Assembly (NCBI GenBank): GCA_000004695.1
Contig: CM000150.2
Coordinates: forward strand, 1,504,001 to 1,568,000
Reading direction: 5' to 3'
Source: Dictyostelium discoideum
Lineage: Eukaryota
DNA length: 64,000 nt
Made by a program: the position numbers and the translations under genes. The notes under the pieces are model-generated. The model had not been told where the DNA came from. It worked only from the letters and a program-made list of their open reading frames with translations, and did not search any database. This document shows positions 1 through 8,408 of the stretch, piece by piece; within the stretch, counting starts at the first letter, position 1, and the number at the start of each line of letters is the position of its first letter.

Positions 1-1
1 T

Positions 2-2056
2 GATAGAGTTGATTTTCAAATTTCAATCATTGCAAATGGTCCAACTAGAGTTTTAAATATTAAAGAAAGAGATTTAAATGGTGATACCAATAATAATACA
101 ATTTCACCACAATTAAATTCAATTGAAACTTTTGGAATTACAAATGATCCAAATAATCCAAATAATCCAAATAATAATCCTAATAATAATGATAAATTAA
201 ATGTTAAATATGAATTTTCAATTGATCTTTCAAATATTGGTATTTCAATTATTAATAAAATTCCAACAAGAGAAGAAATTGTTTATTTATCAATTGATGG
301 TTTAAAATTGGAAGTAAAACAATCAAAATTGGATCAATATATTCAATTTAAAGTTGATGATCTTCAAATTGATGATCAACGTTATTCTACAAATTTCCCA
401 GTTTTTTTATGTCAATCAAAAAAAATTAATCATTCAATAAATCAACAACCTAATCAACAATCTTCATCACCACAATCAACTAATACAACAACAACAACAA
501 CAACAAATACAACAACAACAAATAATACAACTCAACAACAAAAATTAAAACCATTTTTACAATTTAGTGCAACTAGAACATTAAAATATTCAAATATTAT
601 GTTTTTTAGATATTTTTCAATTTTAATTCAAGAATTTGATATAAATTTAGATGAAGCATCAATTTTAAATGCATTATCATTTATAAATATAAATTTGAAT
701 AGTTTAAATGAACATTTTACACTTCATCCAACAATTACACAAGAAGAAATTCTAGAAACAAAGAATGCATCCAATATAGAGAATCATATGGTTTACTTTG
801 AAATGTTACATATTAATCCAGTTAAAATGAATTTATCATTCATTAGTTGTAAGAGTCCAAAAGAAACTCAAGCAATTCTTGGTGCTAGATCATTGGCTGA
901 ACTATTGATTGGTTTTAAATCAAATTCACCCTTTTTAAATATTGAAAGAGCACCCATCAAATTCAATGGTTTCATTTGGGAACATCCATTCCTCTCGACT
1001 AGACAAGTTATCGATGAAATATCATTACATTTCTCTTATCAAATGATGAGTCAAGCTCATAAAATTTTTGGTTCATTCGATTTCATTGGTAATCCAATTA
1101 GATTGGCCGAATCGTTAGGTAGTGGTTTTAAAGATTTTTTCCATGAACCTGCATTAGGTTTAGTTAAAAGTCCTCAAGATTTTGCTGCTGGTCTCTCAAA
1201 AGGTACCTCTAGTTTAATCAATAATTCAGTATTTGGTTTCGCTGATTCAACTTCAAAAATTACAGGTACCATTTCAAAAGGATTGGTTCAATTATCGCTG
1301 GATGATAGTTATATAAAAGAAAGACAAGAAAGTAATAAACAAAAACCAAAAGGAGTTAAAGAAGGTTTAGAATTTGGTTTCCGTGATTTTGGTGAGGGTG
1401 TTATTAAAGGAATTACTGGTATCATCGATGAACCCTACAAAGGTGCAACACAAGAGAAATCTTGGGAAGGTTTTTTCAAAGGTATTGGTAAAGGTGTTTT
1501 GGGTGTGGCAGTTAAACCAACGGTTGGAGTTTTCGATTTAGTTAGTAAAACATCTGAAGGTATTAAAAATTCAACCACTGTTGCAAAATCACTCTCTCAA
1601 ATTAAAAGACGTCGTATTCCAAGATATTTCCCAAGAGAAGGTACATTATCAACCTATAATCAATTTAAATCCATTGGTTCCTTTATACTTTATTCAAAGA
1701 TTGGTCCACCACCAACTCATGATTGGTATGTTTTTCATACTATTCTAAACTATAAAGATTTGATTTTAATTGGTAGCAATTATCATCTATTGTTAATTCG
1801 TTGTGCAAATCTTTCAATAAATGGTAATTTATCGGATTCTGAAATCATTTGGAAAGTTAAATTCTCTGAAATCATTCAAATTAAAAATATACCTTCCAAT
1901 TTTGGTTTCCAATTATTTGTAAATGTAAATGGTGTTGGTCAACCTCCAATCACTCTTTTAATTCCAACTCTAACTGAAGAAGTAAGAAATAGTGTTGTTA
2001 GAAAAATTACTGATTTAATTTTGTTGGAAAAAAGATTTGGTAATAATTTAGATTAG
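2..2056 (+). CDS. VPS13 family lipid-transfer protein, C-terminal part. The CDS enters from upstream of the window with no start codon here. Stop is TAG at 2054-2056.
   Basis: Frame 2 is open from window position 2. The translation GFFKGIGKGVLGVAVKPTVGVFDLVSKTSEGIKNSTT, together with FHEPALGLVKSPQDFAAGLSKGTSSLINNSVFGFADSTSKITGTISKGL, matches the conserved Vps13 C-terminal signature (yeast Vps13 has ..GFFKGVGKGLVGAVTKPVVGVFDLASNVSEGIRNTT..). Confidence 0.8.
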   Translation, partial: DRVDFQISIIANGPTRVLNIKERDLNGDTNNNTISPQLNSIETFGITNDPNNPNNPNNNPNNNDKLNVKYEFSIDLSNIGISIINKIPTREEIVYLSIDGLKLEVKQSKLDQYIQFKVDDLQIDDQRYSTNFPVFLCQSKKINHSINQQPNQQSSSPQSTNTTTTTTTNTTTTNNTTQQQKLKPFLQFSATRTLKYSNIMFFRYFSILIQEFDINLDEASILNALSFININLNSLNEHFTLHPTITQEEILETKNASNIENHMVYFEMLHINPVKMNLSFISCKSPKETQAILGARSLAELLIGFKSNSPFLNIERAPIKFNGFIWEHPFLSTRQVIDEISLHFSYQMMSQAHKIFGSFDFIGNPIRLAESLGSGFKDFFHEPALGLVKSPQDFAAGLSKGTSSLINNSVFGFADSTSKITGTISKGLVQLSLDDSYIKERQESNKQKPKGVKEGLEFGFRDFGEGVIKGITGIIDEPYKGATQEKSWEGFFKGIGKGVLGVAVKPTVGVFDLVSKTSEGIKNSTTVAKSLSQIKRRRIPRYFPREGTLSTYNQFKSIGSFILYSKIGPPPTHDWYVFHTILNYKDLILIGSNYHLLLIRCANLSINGNLSDSEIIWKVKFSEIIQIKNIPSNFGFQLFVNVNGVGQPPITLLIPTLTEEVRNSVVRKITDLILLEKRFGNNLD

Positions 2057-2379
2057 AAAATAAAAAAAATAAAATTTAAAAATTAAAGGATTTAGTAAGA
2101 TGATTGAGTTTTTTTTTTGAAATAATTATTATTTTGGTTGGATAATAGTTGCTTCTCTTTTATATACTTTTTTTTTTAATATTGATTATTCAGTGTTTAT
2201 CCATTATAGGAAATAAACAATTATATATATTATTTAATATCTGGATTTTAAAATGTAAAATAGTTTTAATTTTTAAATAACATATAAAACGAAAAATCAG
2301 TTTTCATTTTTAAATCACATATAAAAACATATTATCAATTTATGTATTCAGAATATTATAACCAATATATTTAATTTAC

Positions 2380-3950
2380 ATGTTTTGGTTTTTTTTTTTT
2401 TTTTTTTTTTTTTTATTTTTATTATGGAATGTAAAAAAATTGTTGGGAATCGAACCTTTTTTTTTTTTTTTTGATATAAATAAACTATTGTAGTATACAA
2501 TTAGTATGTTATTTTTATTTATTTATTTTAGGTTTTTTAATTTTTGTGAATTTAAAATGGTATGTTATTTTAGATTAGGTAATTAATAATTAATTGGTGG
2601 TGTAATTGTTGGAATTGGTTCATTAGTGTTTATGCTCCATTCTTTTTTAAATTTTTTGATTGTTTCGGACCATTGGGTTTCTTTTTGAGTTTTTGTGAGG
2701 TTGTTTTTAATTGAGTATTGGTTAAAGTTTGATAATGTTCTTGAATATTCCAATCTTTTTAGCTTGTGCCATTTTGATTTTAATATATCATAATCTAATG
2801 TTGTGTTGTTTATTTGGTTGTTCCAATTATCAATTGATTGAGTTATATTGATGTCAAATAATGATTTGCATAACCATATCCATATTTGGTGAATAACTAA
2901 TGAGATTATGTTCCAATATGCATGTGTTTTGACTAGATCAAGATTTGTGTTTATATAATTCCAGTTGAACCTGTATTTTTTATATTGTGCATTTTTTGCA
3001 AAATGAAAATTAATATTGATAGTTGGATCTGGTTTAAATGCTTTGTTGTTTATTTGTGGTTTATAAATGAGTGTGTATAATTTTGTTGTTTGGTTTTTTG
3101 TTAGTGACCAGTTTTTGTTTCCATTGCAATTTTTATATATAAAATATTTTAATTTGTCGTGGTTTATGAAGTTGATTGTGTGCTGACAATTGAAAAACAA
3201 ATGACCATAGGGGTCATTATTCATTTCATTTTTGCAAATGGGGCCAACTTTGTTGTGTAGATGATTAATTTGCATTGTATCACGGCCTTTTGGATCTTTT
3301 AATTTTTGAATTTTGACAAATAGTTGGTGGTATGTGTATTTCCATAATAGTTGTATTGATTGTTGGTGCGAAGTAAGAAGTAGATCTGAATATTTCTTGC
3401 CACCTCCGCCCATATTAAATTTAATATGGACACCACATAGTCTTTTGATTTGCATTGGTGATTGTTGAGTATTGTAGAGTAGATTTCTTTGAGTGTTGGT
3501 GGTAGTGAAATATTATTTGTGATTAATGTTTGAGAGGTTTGGTTTTTTATTAATATTGGTTGTAGGGTTTGAACTTTATCTTTTAGATGTCCAATTTGAG
3601 TTGCATAGTTTTCCCATTCTTTTTTAATTTTTATAAGGTATGGAGAAGAGATTGATTTGTTGATTATTTGATCCATCCAACTTATCATGTATATTGAATT
3701 GTTTGCAGATTTATGCATTTGTAAAAATCTGTTGTATATCCAAATCTTTTGAGCAACTTGTCGTAATTGTATATTCCAAAATACCCCAACCACCTTCTTT
3801 TAATGGTTTTAATGATCTATCATAACACATCAAAGGTATTTTTTCACGTGAATGGATGGTTAATGTGTTGTTTTCAATGGAATTGGTATTGAGAGAATTC
3901 ATAAACCATGAGATTAATTTATTAATTTGAATTTCTTCATCTTTTGTAAA
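2380..3950 (-). mobile_element. Degenerate, 5'-truncated non-LTR (TRE-like) retrotransposon remnant. Three overlapping minus-strand ORFs in different frames (2583-3455, 3299-3793, 3711-3902) mark a frameshifted ORF2 C-terminus.
   Basis: A coding-like minus-strand stretch of about 1.3 kb is broken by frameshifts. It contains a Cys/His motif, PICKNEMNNDPYGHLFFNCQH (H-x4-C), reminiscent of non-LTR ORF2 C-terminal domains. A plus-strand poly-T run at ~2388-2414 reads as an oligo(A) tail on the minus strand. The remnant lies about 100-140 bp downstream of the minus-strand tRNA-Trp gene at 4042-4128, which is where TRE3-type elements target. Confidence 0.4.
2445..2456 (-). promoter_or_regulatory. 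Orphan external B box (ggttcgattccc on minus) with no tRNA gene beside it.
   Basis: The sequence ttgttgggaatcgaacc is identical to the ex-B boxes at 3998-4009 and 7307-7318, and it is flanked by T runs. No tRNA-like sequence occupies the expected position at 2480-2570. Confidence 0.4.
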
Positions 3951-3997
3951 TTCTTCAAGTTAGAAATCAAAATAATGTTAAATTGAATAAATTTGTT

Positions 3998-4009
3998 GGG
4001 AATCGAACC
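3998..4009 (-). promoter_or_regulatory. External B box (GGTTCGATTCCC) 33 nt downstream of the tRNA-Trp 3' end.
   Basis: Dictyostelium tRNA genes typically carry an extra B box about 30-40 bp downstream. A pol III T-run terminator (TGTCATTTTTTT on minus) sits between the tRNA and this box. Confidence 0.6.
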
Positions 4010-4041
4010 TTTGATTTTAGAAAGTCTCTTAAAAAAATGAC

Positions 4042-4128
4042 AGACCCCTCAGGGAGTTGAACCCTGGACCAACTGCTAACTTCTAACGTTTTGGAGACAA
4101 TTACAATAAACCACTATGCTAAGGAGTC
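4042..4128 (-). tRNA. tRNA-Trp (anticodon CCA), 87 nt including a ~14-nt intron directly 3' of the anticodon loop.
   Basis: The minus strand reads GACTCCTTAGCATAGTGGTTTATTGTAATTGTCTCCAAAAC..GCAGTTGGTCCAGGGTTCAACTCCCTGAGGGGTCT. The acceptor stem GACTCCT pairs with AGGGGTC through one G-U pair. The T arm is CAGGG-TTCAACT-CCCTG with B box GGTTCAACTCC. The anticodon loop is CTCCAAA (CCA). The internal A box is TAGCATAGTGG. A T-run terminator and an ex-B box lie downstream. Confidence 0.7.
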
Positions 4129-4129
4129 T

Positions 4130-4385
4130 TTGAAAATTCACTGGATGAAACACTTTGTTAACACCTCATTTTTTTCGGTGAAACACTATGTTATGGAGTC
4201 ATTAATTTTTATGTCAATAACATGCTGGAATTTAGCTGGCGAAAATTAAAATTGAAAACCAATTGGATGACTCACTTTCCTAAGCCCTCATTTTTTTGGG
4301 TGAAACACTATGTTAAGAAGTCATTACTTTTTATGTCAATAATATGCTGAAATTAAGCTGGCAAATATTAATATTATACCTAGTT
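4130..4385. repeat. Degenerate tandem repeat of about 125 bp (about 2.3 units) derived from the tRNA-Trp 5' half and its 5' flank.
   Basis: The unit ggtgaaacactatgtta(t/a)g(g/a)agtcatta..tttttatgtcaataacatgctggaatttagctggcgaaaattaaaattgaaaaccaattggatgactcactttcctaagccctcattttttt is repeated. It contains several degenerate copies of the tRNA 5' motif cacTxTGcTAAGGAGTC. Confidence 0.6.
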
Positions 4386-4774
4386 ATAATAATTACAAAA
4401 AACAAATAGTTTTTTTTTTTAAAAAAAGAGGTATAAAAAAATTATATGGATTAATAATAATAAATTTTTTTGAATAACAATTAAATATTATTATTTTGGC
4501 GAATGCACATCACTTATTGAATTTCTTTTTTTATTTTTTATTTTTTTATATATACCCCATTGTAAAGCTTAATAAAGTAAAAAATATTAAATCCATTTAT
4601 CTAATTAATAGATGAAGTAAAAAAAAATTATATATCGTATAGTGATTTTTTAGTGTTCTATCTATACTAATAAATATTAATAATGAATATTAAAAATAAT
4701 TAAAATTAAATCATTGTTAAAAAAAAAAAAAAAATGAATTTAATCGTTCTGTTTTTTTTTTTTTAATTTTTATT

Positions 4775-5041
4775 TTCTCCAGCTAAATTCCAACATGTTA
4801 ATAGCTTAAAAAAATGAATGTATTAATTCTGTTTTTAGCTGGCAAAAATTAAAATTGAAAACCAACTGGATGGCACACTTTGCTAATGTCTCATTTTTTT
4901 AATTAGTTATCAACCTGAAAATAAACATAGTGGTTTATTGTATTTGTCTCCAAAAATGAGGGCTTAACAAAGTGTGCCATCCAGTTGGTTTTCAATTTTA
5001 ATTTTCGACAGCTAAAAACAGAATTAATACATTCATTTTTA
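4775..5041. repeat. Large imperfect inverted repeat (hairpin) built from the same repeat family. Arms are about 4807-4897 and 4951-5040. The ~55 bp spacer carries a plus-oriented partial tRNA-Trp copy (catagtggtttattgtatttgtctccaaaa).
   Basis: The reverse complement of 4951-5040 is nearly identical to 4807-4897 (aaaaatgaatgtattaattctgtttttagctggcaaaaattaaaattgaaaaccaactggatggcacactttgctaatgtctcattttt). Confidence 0.65.
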
Positions 5042-5431
5042 ATATTAATATTTTAAAATAATTTATTTAAACAAAGAATTAATAAGAGAAACAAAGAACA
5101 AAATAACAAAAAACAAAAATCTACAAAGAGTCAATTGATCAAAATAAGAGAAATGAGATTATTAATATTTTTTATAGTATTAAAATTAAATATATATAAA
5201 AAATAAAAAAAAAATTAACACTTTTTTTTCAAAATATCACAAATATATTTTTTTTTTTTTATGACTTCACACAAAAAAAAAGTAATTTTAAAAAAAAAGA
5301 ATTTTTTTCTTTTTTTTTTTTTTTTTTTTATTTTCTTCTAATTAATCCTCATATAAAATTAACACAAAAAAAAAAAACAACGACAACTTCACCTTTTTTT
5401 TATTTTATTATTCATCTAAAAAGATAAAAGA

Positions 5432-6298
5432 ATGTCAAAATTAGTCTCACAGTGGTTAAATGAATCATTCAAAGTTATCAGAAAGAGTCAAGTAATAAAA
5501 TATAAAGTACACTTAAAAAATGTAGACGATAGCATTAAAGAATATTTTGAAAAACCAGACACATTAATAAGAGTCAAAAAAGGTATGGTATTATTAACAG
5601 AAAATCTTGACTCAGTAAAATTTGCATCCTCTTGCTTTGACGAAGTGGAAGTGGAAAATTCAACAAAGATTAGTTTCCCATTAAAATTGAAACAACTGGA
5701 ATCTTTAGATTATTTGGATGCGATGCCTGAAGAACTCTCATCAAAGGTAGTCGAACGTCGAACATTTCCAAAAGAGATATCTTTCACCTTTGTTAATCTT
5801 GATGAGAAATGGGACACACATCAATTAACAAAGACTATAGAAAATCTTGATTTTCCCAAAAAAAAACTCCTACAAACCTATTACGCTCAGCATGAGCAAG
5901 AGCAAGAGCAAGAGCAAGAGCAAGAGCAAGAGCAAGAGCAAGAGCAAGAGCAAGAGCAAGAGCAACAGCAACAATTTATCCCCAGAACTAATAACTATGA
6001 AGATTTCAAAATATTACAAAAAAAACTAAGTAGACAGAAAATACAACAACAAATGATCAAAAAGGAAATCAAAAGAAGCTTCAAAAAAAACAAAAACAAA
6101 AATAACAACAACGACCACAAAAAGAACAAATTCGACAACAACGACCACAACAAGAACAAATTCGACAACAAATTCGACAACAACAAGATGAAAAAGAGTG
6201 ACAAGACGATAAAGAGGAAAAACAACACAAAAACAACACCAACCACAAGAACAACACAAACTACAAGAACAACACCAACAAAAAAAACACAAGAATAA
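5432..6298 (+). CDS. Hypothetical protein, 288 aa, with an (EQ)11 repeat and a lysine/asparagine-rich C-terminal tail.
   Basis: ATG-initiated intact ORF. The N-terminal 150 aa is non-repetitive (MSKLVSQWLNESFKVIRKSQVIKYKVHLKNVDD..) and the (GAGCAA)11 run at 5894-5962 is in frame. I recognise no domain. Confidence 0.5.
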   Translation: MSKLVSQWLNESFKVIRKSQVIKYKVHLKNVDDSIKEYFEKPDTLIRVKKGMVLLTENLDSVKFASSCFDEVEVENSTKISFPLKLKQLESLDYLDAMPEELSSKVVERRTFPKEISFTFVNLDEKWDTHQLTKTIENLDFPKKKLLQTYYAQHEQEQEQEQEQEQEQEQEQEQEQEQQQQFIPRTNNYEDFKILQKKLSRQKIQQQMIKKEIKRSFKKNKNKNNNNDHKKNKFDNNDHNKNKFDNKFDNNKMKKSDKTIKRKNNTKTTPTTRTTQTTRTTPTKKTQE

Positions 6299-7306
6299 CA
6301 AGAAAAACAAGAAAAGTAGCATGAACAACAACCACAGCAACATGTAAATTAAAAAATAGCAAAACAAAATATTAGTAACTTTTTATAATATTAAAATGAA
6401 TAAAATCTGAATGTATGGTTTGAAATCTTATTTATATAAACTCTCAAGTAAATTTTTTAAAAAAAAAATACCAGAAAGGCAGAGGAAAACGAATAAAACT
6501 TTGGAGGTTAGGTTTTTTTTTTTTAAATATAAAATCAGAAGTAATTGTGATGGTAAAGATAATAAATCATTTGTTCAAAATATTCACATTATTAAGTTTT
6601 ATTTGATCTATTAAAACTATTTATCATTAATATTTTATTAAGCAATAATTATAAAAAAACAATCTTTTTTGATTTAAATATAGGTGAGAATTCTCATTTT
6701 ATCAAGTGGTTTTATATATGTTTTTTTATAAGATTAAATAATTAAATAATAAAATTATGAAATTAATTTTTTTTTTTTTTTTTTTTTTCAGCACATTGAC
6801 CCACGAAGGCTGAGTTTGAACAACAGAGGTCTTTTAAATTTTAATCTTGTTGGATTTTTTTTTTTTTTTAATATTGAATAATAAGTGTTTATCCATTAAA
6901 GCAAATAAACAATAACTAATAGTTTTAGTTATTCATTTTCTTTAATTTTAATATTCAAATAAGGAATTTTAATAGTGTAGTAACTAATTTTTATTATTAT
7001 TATTATTAATATTGTTATCTTTTTTTAAAATATCGAGTTTTTAGATATGTTAAATATTAAATAAATTAATTTAATAAATCAAATAATATGATTATAATTG
7101 ATTAGATGAAATGGTATGATTTGGAAGAATCAGTTGATTCTTGCAAGTTAATTATCTTAATAATAGTATTTGTTTAAGGAAATCGTTTGGGTCTTTAAAA
7201 TTGTTCTGATCTTTTGAAAGAGTTAATTTACATGTTTTTTTTTTTTTTTTTATATATAAATATATATTCTGGAAATCAAATTAATGTTAAATTGAATAAA
7301 TTTGTT

Positions 7307-7318
7307 GGGAATCGAACC
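7307..7318 (-). promoter_or_regulatory. External B box for the second tRNA-Trp copy.
   Basis: Same sequence and the same 33-nt spacing as at 3998-4009. Confidence 0.6.
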
Positions 7319-7350
7319 TTTGATTTTAGAAAGTTTCTTAAAAAAATGAC

Positions 7351-7437
7351 AGACCCCTCAGGGAGTTGAACCCTGGACCAACTGCTAACTTCTAACGTTT
7401 TGGAGACAATTACAATAAACCACTATGCTAAGGAGTC
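7351..7437 (-). tRNA. tRNA-Trp (CCA) with intron, second copy. It is identical to 4042-4128 and lies inside a duplicated ~210 bp block (3963-4175 equals 7271-7483).
   Basis: The sequence gacccctcagggagttgaaccctggaccaactgctaacttctaacgttttggagacaattacaataaaccactatgctaaggagtc is identical to copy 1, and the flanks, including the ex-B box and the upstream cactttgctaagg(c/a)cctc motif, are conserved. Confidence 0.7.
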
Positions 7438-7924
7438 CTTGAAAAATCAATTGGATGAAACACTTTGCTAAGGCCTCAATTTTATTGGAAAACCCAAATT
7501 AATCAGAAAATTTCCAGATTTTTAACTTTTTAAAGTAAAATAAAAAATAGAAAGAAAATAAGATGAAAATTACAAACAACACCACAAATATTAAGCAACA
7601 CAAATGCCTACAAAAAATAAGCGAAATTGTGGATAAAACTCAAATAAAAAAAACAATTCAAATATGTCATCAACATCAATCACGAACCAGACGATAAAAT
7701 AAAAAAAGATTTAGAAAAAGTTTGGACAAAAAAGATGTTTAATCAAAAGTAATAATACAATTCAAAATTTGAAACAAAAAAAAAAAAAAAAAAAAAAAAA
7801 AAGTTAACTAACCCCTCTTTTAGAGACCCTGTAAAAAACTACAAATAAAATGAGATCAAGCAGGAGAAGCAACTAATAATTGCGTTATCCAATTCAAAAA
7901 AAAAAAAAAAAAAAAAGCCTCATT

Positions 7925-8090
7925 TTTTTGGAAACAAATACAATTACAATAAACCACTATGCTAAGGAGTCCTTGAAAACCAACTGGATGACACACTTTG
8001 CCAAGGTCTCATTTTTTGGGGTGAAACACTGTGCCAAGGAGTCATTACTTTTTATGTCAATAACATGCTGGAATCTAGCTGGCGAAAAAT
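7925..8090. repeat. Further copies (about 1.5 units) of the tRNA-Trp-derived ~125 bp repeat.
   Basis: The sequence caattacaataaaccactatgctaaggagtccttgaaaaccaactggatgacacactttgccaaggtctcattttttggggtgaaacactgtgccaaggagtcattactttttatgtcaataacatgctggaatctagctggcgaaaaat matches the 4130-4385 units. Confidence 0.6.
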
Positions 8091-8121
8091 AAAAAATAAA
8101 AAAAAACAGAATGATTACTTT

Positions 8122-8158
<37 letters not shown>

Positions 8159-8408
8159 CAAGGATTTAATTTTAATTATTTTTAATATTTATTAGTATAG
8201 ATAGAATACTAAAAAAATAATCAATATGATACAGAATTTTTTTTATTTTTTTGATGTCAAATTTGACGATGTTTTAATCACAAAAAATATCTTTTGAAAA
8301 AAAAAAAAAAAATCTTTTTTTTTTTTTTATTTTTTACTCACCAATTTTCTTTTTTTTTTATTTATAAATAATTTTTATAAACAAAAAAAAAAAAAAAAAG
8401 AAAAAGAA

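Noticed and set aside
2583-3902. Possibility that the three minus-strand ORFs encode a DNA transposase (Tc1/DDT-like) rather than a retroelement
   Set aside because: I could not recognise a DDE or helix-turn-helix signature. The poly(A)-like tail, the tRNA-proximal position and the H-x4-C motif fit a non-LTR element better. I left it as a low-confidence mobile-element remnant.
5847-6367. ORFs 5847-6029(+), 5995-6246(-) and 6026-6367(-)
   Set aside because: These are alternate-frame and antisense readings of the (GAGCAA)n tract and the Lys/Asn-rich tail of the 5432-6298 gene.
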